64,000 nt of DNA from an uncultured virus (IMG/VR IMGVR_UViG_3300042141_000279) (IMGVR_UViG_3300042141_000279), one strand, 5' to 3'. Counted from the stretch's first letter, positions 27,087 to 37,370 are shown. A program made the numbers and translations. The notes: generated by a model from the letters alone, not told the origin.

Positions 27087-27950
27087 ATGACTCACACTCT
27101 CCTGTCTGTACTCCACGATCTGTACGTGCCGCTCAGGTCGCTCTGCCCAAGAAGCGTCGAGAACTACGAATTCACGATTCGTGCGTTTTCGACGTTTCTT
27201 GGGCGAGAGGCGACTCTGGACGACCTCGACGAACTGACCGTCGCGAGGTACCTAACCAATCGCGTCAAGGAGCGCGCGATCGCCACGGCCGCGAAGGACC
27301 GCGCCCAACTCCGCGCACTCCACGAGTTCAGCGTTCGCCGCAAACTTTGCGACCACTGGCCTCAGTATCCGCCGATTCGGGTGCCCGACCGCGTGCCGGA
27401 GGCGTGGTTCTCCGGCGAGATGCAGAGGCTTCTTGACAGTGCTGGTCAAGAGAAGACGGTCCTCGACGGCATCCCCGGCGGCTTGTGGTGGCGGGCGCTC
27501 CTGCTTCTGGCCTACGACACGGCCGAGCGTGCGACCGCTCTGACGAGCCTCCGCTGGAGGAACGTCAGAGGCTCATCGGTCCTCTTCGTGGCCGAGGACC
27601 GCAAGGGCCGTCGCCGCGACATCCTCCGCGAGATCGGCGAAGACACTCTGGCGGCGCTTGAAGCGATCCGTGGCGACCGCGGGCCTGACGACCTCGTCTT
27701 CCCGTGGCCTCGGACGAAGACGTACCTCTGGCGGCGGCTCGAGATCATCCTCGAGCGAGCCGGCCTGCCTCACGGCCGAAGGGACAAGTTCCACAGAATC
27801 CGCCGGACGACCGCGTCCTACTACGAGGCCGCCGGCGGCTCGGCGCAGCGGCTTCTTGACCATTCCGACCCGGCGACGACGAGGAAATACATCGACCCGC
27901 GGATCGTCAGGCCGCAGGCTGCGCCGGAACTGATCCCGAGGGTGTCGTGA
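27087..27950 (+). CDS. Tyrosine recombinase/integrase (Xer-like size)
   Basis: Catalytic set R (TAERA), K, HRIRR, LDHSD, RKY; N-terminal core-binding domain. Confidence 0.9.
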   Translation: MTHTLLSVLHDLYVPLRSLCPRSVENYEFTIRAFSTFLGREATLDDLDELTVARYLTNRVKERAIATAAKDRAQLRALHEFSVRRKLCDHWPQYPPIRVPDRVPEAWFSGEMQRLLDSAGQEKTVLDGIPGGLWWRALLLLAYDTAERATALTSLRWRNVRGSSVLFVAEDRKGRRRDILREIGEDTLAALEAIRGDRGPDDLVFPWPRTKTYLWRRLEIILERAGLPHGRRDKFHRIRRTTASYYEAAGGSAQRLLDHSDPATTRKYIDPRIVRPQAAPELIPRVS

Positions 27951-28165
27951 CCGACATCGTGACACGCCTGCGCCGGTGGACGCACGCCGTGGACGCTGCA
28001 CCGGCGAGCGACCTGATGGACGAGGCGGCGGATGAGATTGAGCGGCTTTTGCGAATCATCAACCGGGCGGCAGGAGACTTGAGCAGGCTTCAGGGCGAGA
28101 ACCTCCGGCTGCGGTCGCTGTGCGGGCTGGCGGCGAACCAGCCGATACCGGAGATAATGTCGTGA
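27947..28165 (+). CDS. Small phage protein (DIVxRLR...AADEIERL type)
   Basis: GTGA overlap; motif shared with 28725 ORF. Confidence 0.65.
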   Translation: MTDIVTRLRRWTHAVDAAPASDLMDEAADEIERLLRIINRAAGDLSRLQGENLRLRSLCGLAANQPIPEIMS

Positions 28166-28212
28166 GTGAGAGCCTGAGAAGAACTGACGCCACACGCACT
28201 AGGTAACGCCGC

Positions 28213-28389
28213 ATGAACCTCGCCGCCGCCGCCGAATTCCAGCAGGAGATCGCCCGCCTCCAAGCGGTCATCGACTCACTACGTCAGGAGGTGCGCGAGC
28301 AACGCCGGGAGATCGCCGGCCTGCGCGAAGAGCGGCGAGCGATACTCGACGCGGATCGACCGAGGGTGGATCAAGCGCTCGGAGGATGA
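28213..28389 (+). CDS. Small coiled-coil protein (58 aa)
   Basis: MNLAAAAEFQQEIARLQ...; read manually, below ORF-track cutoff. Confidence 0.5.
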   Translation: MNLAAAAEFQQEIARLQAVIDSLRQEVREQRREIAGLREERRAILDADRPRVDQALGG

Positions 28390-28448
28390 CGCCCATCCCA
28401 TATGCGAAAACCATCAGTAATGAGTGTTTTTCACATACGATTTGGGCG
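28390..28448. repeat. 59-bp quasi-palindrome, left copy
   Basis: CGCCC...CATATGCGAAA...ATACGAT..GGGCG; homologous to 29844-29902. Confidence 0.65.
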
Positions 28449-28724
28449 GCCGGAACTAGGTAACTTCACAAAGAATTAGGTAGTAAACTAGGTAATACCA
28501 CTCACTTTGCTCGCCGTCATACCGGCTGGACGCCATATCCAGCCAACTGGACGCTGCCCTCATAGTCAGCGGCTGCCGGCGGGCTGCCCCGAGGCGTAAC
28601 GCGGCCCGACAACGGCTTGGCGACGAGTGGACCGGGACAGTGGCACAGCGATCCCGGCGGGCAGGCACCGCACCGATAAAGCGGCCAGCCGAACCCGCCG
28701 GGGTCGCGTTCTGGAGAGTGGAAC

Positions 28725-29240
28725 ATGAAAGAATTCGATACACCGCAGCCCATCGACATCGTCATCCGCCTGCGCCAGACGCGGGCCGAAATGATTGGCA
28801 CTGACGACGAGCAGCACTACTGGGACTGCCATGATGCGGCCGACGAGATCGTTTCGCTGCGGGTGTTGCTGAAGCGGCAGAGCGAGGCGGCACATCAAGC
28901 AGTCACAATGATGGGCAGGTACGCCGAGCGATACGGATTCCTGCTGGGCGGGCTGGAGATGGTTGCCATCGGGCATACGACGGCCGAAAGGGTGTTGAGG
29001 TGTGCGAGAGACAAATACCCGGAAGACCCCGCAAGTACCCCGCAAGTAGCCCGCAGAACGCACAAGAACAGGAGCGGCGAGACATGGACACTGAGAACAC
29101 GCAAGGCGCGGCCGAGCCGTCTCCTGCATCCGCTGGTTCTCAGCCGGTGGCGTGGGCTGTCTGGTCGCCATCTTTCGGCTATCCGTTTGGCGATGCGGCA
29201 ATCTTCAAGCGGAACGAACTTGCAATCGAAATGTGCGTGA
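28725..29240 (+). CDS. Hypothetical protein (DIVxRLR...AADEI module; reads through attC-like site)
   Basis: GGAG SD; the C-terminal third overlaps the next gene and may be non-functional read-through. Confidence 0.55.
   Translation: MKEFDTPQPIDIVIRLRQTRAEMIGTDDEQHYWDCHDAADEIVSLRVLLKRQSEAAHQAVTMMGRYAERYGFLLGGLEMVAIGHTTAERVLRCARDKYPEDPASTPQVARRTHKNRSGETWTLRTRKARPSRLLHPLVLSRWRGLSGRHLSAIRLAMRQSSSGTNLQSKCA
29053..29142 (-). mobile_element. attC-like recombination site 1
   Basis: Minus strand TGAGAAC-CAGCG-GAT[G]CAGGAG[A]CGGC...GCCGCTCCTGTTC-TTGTGC-GTTCTGC; AAC/GTT cores, two unpaired bases. Confidence 0.75.
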
Positions 29241-29401
29241 TGAATGGGTACGGCGTTGACGACATTGTTCCGCTGTATCGCAAGCCGATGTTGGCAGACG
29301 AGGAGTTGAAAGCGATCCGAAGGGCGAAGGCAGTGGCACGCGAGATGCACGACTCGCGAATAGAGGCTGCGCTGGGTGGCCTACTGGAGCGGCTAGGCTG
29401 A
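29084..29401 (+). CDS. Cassette ORF 1 (..GSQPVAWAV...GLLERLG)
   Basis: AGGAG SD and ATG inside attC-like site 1; stop inside core of site 2. Confidence 0.7.
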   Translation: MDTENTQGAAEPSPASAGSQPVAWAVWSPSFGYPFGDAAIFKRNELAIEMCVMNGYGVDDIVPLYRKPMLADEELKAIRRAKAVAREMHDSRIEAALGGLLERLG

Positions 29402-29483
29402 GAACGGCTGCATTGAGCAGCCCGAGAGGGGACTTTGATATGACGCAGGACGATGCCGGGTCTGCTCCAATGCTTGGTTCTCA
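29399..29483 (-). mobile_element. attC-like recombination site 2
   Basis: Minus strand TGAGAAC-CAA-GCATTG[G]AGCAG[A]CCCG...CGGGCTGCTCAATGC-AGCC-GTTCTCA; paired arms with two extrahelical bases. Confidence 0.8.
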
Positions 29484-29793
29484 GCCGGTGGCGTGGGCTG
29501 TTGTGCGCACCGATGGGGAGTTTGAGTGCGTGCGCGAGTTGGAGGATGAGGCCCGCGAATACGCTGCATGGGTGCGGTCGGAGATGGGCGGGCAATACGA
29601 CGTTCTGCCACTCTACGCCAGCGACAGGTGTCCTCACATTCTCGGAAAGACGACGCACTACTGCTCGCTCAACTTCACGCTCACCAATGCGGAGCGGGCG
29701 GCGATCAGCGAGGCTTGCGACGAGGGGCGATGGTATCCACGCGATTACCACCATATTCGCACGCTGCGCGGGCTGCTGGAACGGCTAGGCTGA
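29440..29793 (+). CDS. Cassette ORF 2 (..GSQPVAWAV...GLLERLG)
   Basis: GAGGGG SD and ATG in the loop of attC-like site 2; stop inside the next core. Confidence 0.7.
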   Translation: MTQDDAGSAPMLGSQPVAWAVVRTDGEFECVRELEDEAREYAAWVRSEMGGQYDVLPLYASDRCPHILGKTTHYCSLNFTLTNAERAAISEACDEGRWYPRDYHHIRTLRGLLERLG

Positions 29794-29846
29794 GAACTTG
29801 TGTTTACACGGTCCGTATAACACGCCGCTTCCGTATATCACGCCGC
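29791..29846 (-). mobile_element. attI-like site (GTT core plus two direct repeats)
   Basis: GTTCTCA core without a partner arm; repeats CCGTATAACACGCCGC (29813) and CCGTATATCACGCCGC (29831). Confidence 0.5.
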
Positions 29847-29902
29847 CCCACTCATACGCGAAACTCATCGCAAAACGACTGATTGCCAATATGATCGGGG
29901 CG
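29844..29902. repeat. 59-bp quasi-palindrome, right copy
   Basis: CGCCC...CATACGCGAAA...ATATGAT..GGGCG. Confidence 0.65.
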
Positions 29903-29908
29903 TCGCGA

Positions 29909-30824
29909 TCAGACGGCGCAGCCGCTCGTCGCCCGCCACCACGCCACGGTCTCGGCGATCCCTTCTCGCAGCGTGACCTGCGGCTCCCACCCGAGCACCT
30001 TGCGTGCCAGTGAGGCGTCGACCGCACGGCGAGGCTGGCCGTCCGGCTTCGAGGAGTCCCAGCGGATCGTGCCGTGATGCTCGCACTCGCCGGCGATCAG
30101 TTCGGCGAGGTCTCGCATCGTCACCTCGCCGCCGCCGCCGAGGTTGACAGGCTCCGGCGTCTCGATGCGTTCGGCGGCACAAAGAATCCCTTCGGCCGCG
30201 TCGGCGACGTGCAGAAACTCGCGGCTGGCACTTCCGGTCCCCCAGAGCGTGACGTCGCCGGCATCGCAGAATCGCCGGATCATGGCTGGGATGACGTGGC
30301 TGGACGCCGGGTCGAAATTGTCCCCGGGGCCGTACAGATTGGTCGGGATCACGACGGCCCCCTCCATCCCGTACTGGGCGTGGTACTGCTTCAGGAGTTC
30401 GTAGACGGCCCTCTTCGCCACGCCGTACCCGGCGTTCGTCGGCTCTGGGTAGCCGTTCCAGAGGTCTTCCTCCTTGAACGGCACGGGCGGCGAGACGGGG
30501 TACGAGCATACCGTCCCGACGGCGACCGTGCGGCGGCACTCGTGCAGGCGGGCGGCCTCGACGACGTTCAGGCCCATCGCGAGGTTCGCGTATGTGAACC
30601 TGCCCGGCGTCCGCATATTGGCGCCGATTCCGCCGACCTCCGCGGCCAGATGCAAGACGACGTCCGGCCGGCAGGCTGCGAACAGTCTCGCCGTGGACCG
30701 CGGGTCGGTCAGGTCGCACACGCGCCGCCGCGGCACGGTGACCTGCGTGCAGCCGCGCTCCTCGAGCAGCCGGCACACGACGCGGCCGAGGAACCCTGCC
30801 CCGCCGGTGACCAGCACACGGCAG

Positions 30825-30847
<23 letters not shown>
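29909..30847 (-). CDS. fcl: GDP-L-fucose synthase family epimerase/reductase
   Basis: [51 protein letters not shown]. Confidence 0.93.
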
Positions 30848-31805
<958 letters not shown>

Positions 31806-31829
31806 GGCGGCATTGTAGCGTTTTGCCGC

Positions 31830-32063
31830 CTACGAATCGCGTCCTCGCCAGAATGCCCACGCCCCCGCCACGAGCGGCGGCAGCCAGATGGCCCACGCCT
31901 GCGGCACCTGCCAGCCGAGCGAGCCGCTCGCCACGATTGCGAGGACGCCGACGATGCCTCCCGCGATACGCCAGCCGCACGCCGACAGGACGGCCGCGAC
32001 GAGTCCGAGGAGGAGCACGGTCGCGACAATTGCCGCGACGAGGAACGCGAGGGACTCCATCAC
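31830..32063 (-). CDS. Small multi-TM membrane protein
   Basis: Almost entirely hydrophobic. Confidence 0.55.
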   Translation of the reverse strand: MMESLAFLVAAIVATVLLLGLVAAVLSACGWRIAGGIVGVLAIVASGSLGWQVPQAWAIWLPPLVAGAWAFWRGRDS

Positions 32064-32371
32064 TCCGGCCCCGCCACTACGCCCTCTGCCACGCCCACCT
32101 TCGCCACGTACTGCATCAACGCCCCCACCGCCGCCGCGAGGTCGGGATCGGAGTCGGCTCCCGCGAGCAGGTCGCGTACGTGCAGCCGGATCGGCTCGGC
32201 GGGTGCCTCCTCCACGCCGGTCTCGGTGGTGCGGAATCGGACCAGCGTGACGCGGGCTTCGGCTTCGCCTCCTGTCACGCTTGACACTACGATTTCACGG
32301 ACCCACAGGCGGTCGTACGTGGCTGCGTAAGACAGCGGCTCGGCAGCGTACAGCGTGGGGATGTCAGGCAT
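32060..32371 (-). CDS. Hypothetical protein (fibre-associated)
   Basis: Coupled to the fibre gene. Confidence 0.6.
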   Translation of the reverse strand: MPDIPTLYAAEPLSYAATYDRLWVREIVVSSVTGGEAEARVTLVRFRTTETGVEEAPAEPIRLHVRDLLAGADSDPDLAAAVGALMQYVAKVGVAEGVVAGPE

Positions 32372-34478
32372 TGATCCTCTCCTCTAGTGCGGCGATGCGT
32401 GCGTTGCTTTCTTGCAGTGCCTTGATCAACACGGGCACCAACTTTTCATACGCCAACCCCAGATGGTCGCCGCACTGCGCGACCACGCTGTCGGCGTAGT
32501 CGGTGCCCGCGAGTGCCGCCTGAGCCTCTTGTGCGATCAGTCCGACCTGACGCTCGGTGGCGAAGTTGCGGTCGCTCTGCGGTATGAAGTCGAACGCGAC
32601 GGGTCGCAGCGATTCGATGACGCTGGTGGCGTCGGTCAGCGATTCGACGCGAGTCTTGAAGCGGGCGTCTGAGGTGGCGATCGTCGCGTTGGTGGCGTAA
32701 ATCTGGGAGTTGACTTGCAGAAGGTAGGCACCGTTGTCGGTGGTGGTGCCGATGAGTACCTCACCGCCCAGCGCCTGCATGTAGATCGGATACGAAACGG
32801 ACGATCCGAAACTCTGGCACTGGATGTACGTGCCTCCAGTGCTTGTGTTTACTCCTCCAATGCCAAGCCCATAGCCTGCCGAGAAGTTCTCAATCGTCAG
32901 AGGGTAGTATGTTTTCGCACCAAGCGCCGGAGTGCCGTTTGCAGATTGATACAGTGACGACGTGCCGACGATGTTCAGTCGCTCCGTCGTCATCTGCGTC
33001 CCAATCCCCACATTCCCGCTCGCATCCACCCGCACCCGCTCAAGCGAGTCGGTGACGATCGACAGCGAATTTGCACCGCCGACCTGCTGGATGCCCGTAT
33101 CGTCGTCCCCGCTGATCGCCAGTCCCGGCTTGTACGAGCCGCTGCTGCCGCTGCCTGCGGTGACGAAGCATTGCCCAGCCATCACCGTCTGCGCGACACC
33201 TGTGCTGGCATCGGTGCGACACCGCATCACCTCGCTTAGGCTGCCTGCACCGCCGCCCGTCTGCGCGAAGAACACCAGCGCGCCAGCGTAGTTCTGTGAT
33301 GCGGACGAGTCCTTGACGCCCTGAATCGCGCCGAATCCGTAGTCCGCAGTGCTGTTCCCTGTCTGGCCCTTGAAGAACACAGTTGGTCCGACATTGACCG
33401 CAGCGGTCGCCGTAGAGGTAAGGACAACAGTATGAGACGTGCCGTTTGCCGGTGCAGAACCGACGCTGCCAGACACGGAGACGCTTCCCGACGTAACCGC
33501 CGCCGCACCGGTGAACGCCGGACTCGCCGTCGGCTGCACGGACAGCACCGTGCGTGCCGTCGCGGCGTCCAGTTCCTCCACGTCGCCTGCACCCGCAGAC
33601 GAGCGACCGAGAATGCGGTTGGTGGCGGAGACGTTCTGGAGTTTGGCGTAGGTGACGGCGTCGTTCTGAATCTTCGCCGTGCTGACGGTGTTGTCCGTCG
33701 GCGTGCGGGTGTCGCTGAGACGCGAGTCGTTGCCCTGACACGCGGTGCCGCCACTGGTCCCGTACGTCACGCTCACCGTGCCGTTGATTGACACGCCCAG
33801 CCCCGAGCCGACGATCATCGCACCGGCGGCACCCGTCGTCGCGAGTGGCAGGCGGGCGGCGTCCAGCGTGCCGGAGGTCACGGCACTGGCCGCGATGGCG
33901 ATCGTCGTGTTCGACGCCGCCGTCAGGCGACCGTCAGCGCCGACGGTGAACGTGGCGACCTGCGTTGCCGAGCCGTAGGACGCTGCGGACACACCGCTCG
34001 CGGCGATTGTCGGATTCGGGTATGTGCCTGCGAGCGAGCCGCCTGCACTGCCCGTCGGAGTGCGGGAGTCGGAGAGCCTCGCGTCATTGCCGATGCACAC
34101 GGTGCTCGAAGACGAGCCCGTCGGAATGCGGGCAATGTCCAGCGTGCCGGACGTGATGTCCGACGCTGCGTGCGTGTGCGACGACGACGCCTTGCCATCG
34201 AGCGCCGTCTGAAGCCCGGTCACGTCGGAAATCGCGTGCGTGTGGCTGCTTGACGCCTTGCCGTCGAGGGCGGTTTGCAGCCCCGTTACATCAGAGATCG
34301 AGTGCGTGTGCGACGCGAGGGCGTAACTCTGGAACGTGAACGACGTGATGACGTTCGAGGCGTCCTTGAAATACAGAACTTTGTCGGCGTAGTTCAGTGC
34401 CAACTCGCCGTGCAGGAGCGACGACGGGGCCGATGCTCCGGGCGTGCCGTTGCGCTTGAGTTGGACCGGCGTTGGCAC
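32364..34478 (-). CDS. Tail fibre protein with C-terminal intramolecular chaperone (S74)
   Basis: [16 protein letters not shown] repeats; SDARFK...LRPV.F...GLIAQE; terminal coiled coil. Confidence 0.88.
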   Translation of the reverse strand: MPTPVQLKRNGTPGASAPSSLLHGELALNYADKVLYFKDASNVITSFTFQSYALASHTHSISDVTGLQTALDGKASSSHTHAISDVTGLQTALDGKASSSHTHAASDITSGTLDIARIPTGSSSSTVCIGNDARLSDSRTPTGSAGGSLAGTYPNPTIAASGVSAASYGSATQVATFTVGADGRLTAASNTTIAIAASAVTSGTLDAARLPLATTGAAGAMIVGSGLGVSINGTVSVTYGTSGGTACQGNDSRLSDTRTPTDNTVSTAKIQNDAVTYAKLQNVSATNRILGRSSAGAGDVEELDAATARTVLSVQPTASPAFTGAAAVTSGSVSVSGSVGSAPANGTSHTVVLTSTATAAVNVGPTVFFKGQTGNSTADYGFGAIQGVKDSSASQNYAGALVFFAQTGGGAGSLSEVMRCRTDASTGVAQTVMAGQCFVTAGSGSSGSYKPGLAISGDDDTGIQQVGGANSLSIVTDSLERVRVDASGNVGIGTQMTTERLNIVGTSSLYQSANGTPALGAKTYYPLTIENFSAGYGLGIGGVNTSTGGTYIQCQSFGSSVSYPIYMQALGGEVLIGTTTDNGAYLLQVNSQIYATNATIATSDARFKTRVESLTDATSVIESLRPVAFDFIPQSDRNFATERQVGLIAQEAQAALAGTDYADSVVAQCGDHLGLAYEKLVPVLIKALQESNARIAALEERINA

Positions 34479-35908
34479 TAAAAAGACCCTCCATCGAGCG
34501 TCTCAAGAAACGCCACCGACGTGCCGGACGCGGAGTAGGTCAGGATGCCGTCGGTCGTGCCGCCCTGCACGGCAGAGACCGTGTCGAGCGCGTTCGACCC
34601 GAGGACGCTGCCCTTCGGCACGGTCGCGAGGCCAGTTCCACCCTTCGTAGGCCCGATCGCCGTTGCAGACCACACGCCGGTGGTCACCGTGCCGAGCGTC
34701 GTGATCGACGTCTGGCCGGCGTAGGCCGTCGAGATGTCGATGGAGTCGGCTGCCACGCTGATCCGATCCGCCGTCCCGACGGCGTTGATCGTGCTGCCGT
34801 CCTTCGTGAGGCCGTTGCCGGCGGTGATCTGGCCGGCGCCGGAGAACTGGGCGAACGCCAGCGACGTCGTGCCGACCGTGATCGTGCCGTTTGTCGTCAG
34901 CACCCAGCCCGTGTCCGCGTTCGTCGTGCCTTCCTCTACGAACGTGAACGCACCCGGCGTCACTTCGGCGTCAGCGTCGAAGTCGGTGGCACGCACCGCC
35001 GCCCCGGACGCCTGCACGACGTAGATGCCGTTCTGCGACGCCGTGTCCTGATTCTTGACGAGCACCCGGTCGCCCGTGGCGAGCGTCACGCCGTCGATCG
35101 CGTCGCCGTTCTCAAGCGCGCTCGACAGGTCGATGTTCGCCGTGGTCGCGGCCCTGACGCTTTGCTTGACGTCGAGGCCGTTCCTCGCAGCATCGACGTC
35201 CGCTTTCCTCGCGGCGTCGTTCGCATCTGTCGGCGCCGCGAGGTTCGTGATCTTCTGCGAGTTCATCGTCAGCGACGCCGTCGGCGCAGCGAATGACGTC
35301 AGGTTGTACGCCTTGACCGTGGTCTCGAGGTCGGTCACGTTCGCCGCGACGTGTGTGTGGACGGCGGACGCGGCGGAAACATCGACCGAGGTCAGGCTGA
35401 CTGTGCCGACCTTTCCGTTGACGCTTGAGACCGGCCCGTACTTGGCCGCCTCTGTCGCGAAGTCAGTGACGTCGGCTGCGACGTGCGTGTGGACGGCGGA
35501 CGCCGCGCTCACGTCGACTGACGTCAGGCTGACAGTCCCGGTCTTCCCGTTGACGCTGGAAACCGGCCCGACGAGCGACGCGGCTGTCGTGAAGTCGGTG
35601 ATCTTGACGCTGGTCAGCGACGGGATGTCGTCGGCCACGAGCGCACGGAACGTCGGCGCCGCGTCCGGCCCCGAAGTCGGCCCGGCGAGCACCTTGTTGG
35701 CCTCGCGGACAGTGACGATCGAGATGAACGCCCCGCCGCCGCCGATAGCGACCACGTTCGCGGCGTTCGTGCCGCTCGAGCCGGTGCCGATGTAGAGCGT
35801 GCCAGCACCGCCCGTGCCGGCGGCTTCGGCGTAGGCTAACTCCGCATTCAGGAGATGCTCAGGAGCCGAGCCGCCTGTAGACCTGCGGATACGAATGCGA
35901 TTAGCCAT
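34478..35908 (-). CDS. Tail fibre / structural protein
   Basis: VSSVNGKTG repeats, [18 protein letters not shown]...[16 protein letters not shown] domain. Confidence 0.8.
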   Translation of the reverse strand: MANRIRIRRSTGGSAPEHLLNAELAYAEAAGTGGAGTLYIGTGSSGTNAANVVAIGGGGAFISIVTVREANKVLAGPTSGPDAAPTFRALVADDIPSLTSVKITDFTTAASLVGPVSSVNGKTGTVSLTSVDVSAASAVHTHVAADVTDFATEAAKYGPVSSVNGKVGTVSLTSVDVSAASAVHTHVAANVTDLETTVKAYNLTSFAAPTASLTMNSQKITNLAAPTDANDAARKADVDAARNGLDVKQSVRAATTANIDLSSALENGDAIDGVTLATGDRVLVKNQDTASQNGIYVVQASGAAVRATDFDADAEVTPGAFTFVEEGTTNADTGWVLTTNGTITVGTTSLAFAQFSGAGQITAGNGLTKDGSTINAVGTADRISVAADSIDISTAYAGQTSITTLGTVTTGVWSATAIGPTKGGTGLATVPKGSVLGSNALDTVSAVQGGTTDGILTYSASGTSVAFLETLDGGSF

Positions 35909-36192
35909 GCGAAGTTACCTCCATCCACTAGGTTTGTTTCTGCGTAGTCGCGCCATTTGCCTGTTGAGTACCGCAGCACGTCGCCGTCCGCCGGCGAGGC
36001 GATCTGCACGTCCGTCAGTTGGCTCAGTGCCGTGGCGCCTCCAGTCGCCCCGATGTCGCCGGACGGACCCTGCGGCCCGATGCCGCCCGTGACCGCTGCC
36101 GCGACGGCTCCGCTGCCGACGGTCGCCGAGACGCCGGCGCCGCTGACGGTCGCCGAAATCCGCGTTCCCGTGACGCTGGCCGTGATGCTCAC
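35848..36192 (-). CDS. Short fibre-like protein
   Basis: Gly-x-x (GPQGPSG) stretch; LSQLTDV...DGDVLRY repeat unit. Confidence 0.6.
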   Translation of the reverse strand: MSITASVTGTRISATVSGAGVSATVGSGAVAAAVTGGIGPQGPSGDIGATGGATALSQLTDVQIASPADGDVLRYSTGKWRDYAETNLVDGGNFAWLIAFVSAGLQAARLLSIS

Positions 36193-36512
36193 CGCGCCAC
36201 CTCGACGAAGCCCGAAAGTGCCGTCCGCTTCACGTCGCCCGGGGCGATCCACTCAAGCCGCCACGAGTACGTGCCCGGCTGGAGCGCCTCGGTCTGTGCC
36301 TCGGTCATCGCGACGGACACGACGCCCGTCGAGGCGTTCGTGATCGTCGAGGTGATCGTGCCGACCGAGTTCCCCGTGATCGGCGACACGATCGACGATG
36401 ACACCGTGTACCCCGACATATCTATGTCAAAGTCGATAGTCGTTCCGAACTGGTCCCCGCGACGGAGCGAGAGGTTCAGCGGACCCGGCAGTTGGCTGTA
36501 GGTATTGCTCAC
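36189..36512 (-). CDS. Fibre adaptor-like protein (paralogue of 46267-46635)
   Basis: SQLPG.L...DFD.D..GYT...Y.W.L.W...G...RT.LSG. Confidence 0.7.
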   Translation of the reverse strand: MSNTYSQLPGPLNLSLRRGDQFGTTIDFDIDMSGYTVSSSIVSPITGNSVGTITSTITNASTGVVSVAMTEAQTEALQPGTYSWRLEWIAPGDVKRTALSGFVEVAR

Positions 36513-36781
36513 CGAGGCTGCTCCACGGAGACCTTGTATTGCCTCGCCTCTTCAGCGGCCTTGGGCTGGAGCGCGTAGAGGAGCCGGGTCTGCTCCTCGA
36601 TCGCGCTGGCGATGTCCTTCTGCGACTCCGAGATCGTCTTCAGGAACGCCGAGTGCTGCTCCACGAGCGGCAGGAGGACGTCGGTGCGGAGGAAGTAGCC
36701 TCCGGCCACGCAAAGCAAGGTCGGCAGGCCGTAGCGTTCGAGGACCGTCTTCAAGACGTCGTTCATTTCTTCACCGCTCAC
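36509..36781 (-). CDS. Small membrane protein (holin-like)
   Basis: One TM segment followed by coiled coil. Confidence 0.5.
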   Translation of the reverse strand: MSGEEMNDVLKTVLERYGLPTLLCVAGGYFLRTDVLLPLVEQHSAFLKTISESQKDIASAIEEQTRLLYALQPKAAEEARQYKVSVEQPR

Positions 36782-36818
36782 GGGACGCCTCGTGACGCCA
36801 CAAAGGCAGAATGCGGCG

Positions 36819-37370
36819 TTATTTCATTGTATCGTTTTGCAGCCTTACCCACGCAGCATCCACGCGGCCGGCGAGGACCGACAAATCCCCATCGTTGAGC
36901 ACCTCGTCGTCCACGAGGCGGGCCTCGATGCCACGCTCGCTCGAGTGCGACCCGGCAGAACCAGCCAATCCAGCCCCGGGCCTGACGACGCGCCAGACGT
37001 ACCCGCCGCGGGCGTGGATCGCCTCGGCCTCGTTGTCGAATCGGACGTCCGTGATCACGGCGAGCGGCGACTCAGAGTCTTCGATCCGCTTCATGGTCGC
37101 CATCACCCAGATTTCCGGGTGGATCGTCTCGCGCCCCCACTCCGTGCCGATCGTCTGGAGGAGCCGCCGCGGGCTGGCCGGCAGCCACGGCAGGTCGCGT
37201 TCCTTGTGCCGGCGGTCCTGCAACTCGGCGATCGACATCCCGGTGATCGCCGAAATCGCCGCGTACAACGGGTCAGCGAATCCGAAGACGCCGGCGCCGT
37301 GCCGTGCCGCCAGCATCTCCGCCACCGTGTTTTTGCCGCAGCCGGCGGCGCCGCAGAGGCCGAGGATCAT
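36819..37370 (-). CDS. Deoxynucleoside monophosphate kinase
   Basis: GLCGAAGCGKNTVA, FADPL, PRRLLQTIGTEWGR, ITDVRFDNE, HSSE. Confidence 0.9.
   Translation of the reverse strand: MILGLCGAAGCGKNTVAEMLAARHGAGVFGFADPLYAAISAITGMSIAELQDRRHKERDLPWLPASPRRLLQTIGTEWGRETIHPEIWVMATMKRIEDSESPLAVITDVRFDNEAEAIHARGGYVWRVVRPGAGLAGSAGSHSSERGIEARLVDDEVLNDGDLSVLAGRVDAAWVRLQNDTMK

Noticed and set aside
28648..28714. Third attC site
   Set aside because: CCAGAAC core and a stem are present on the minus strand, but there is no extrahelical-base pattern and no closing GTT core.
23240..28720. tRNA genes in the structured intergenic regions
   Set aside because: No cloverleaf or T-loop consensus found by eye.
29084..29793. 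Shufflon-type invertible segments (inverted GTTCTCAGCC/GGCTGAGAAC ends)
   Set aside because: The inverted 10-mers are explained as paired cores of the attC-like cassettes. Inversion is not fully excluded and could be checked in reads.
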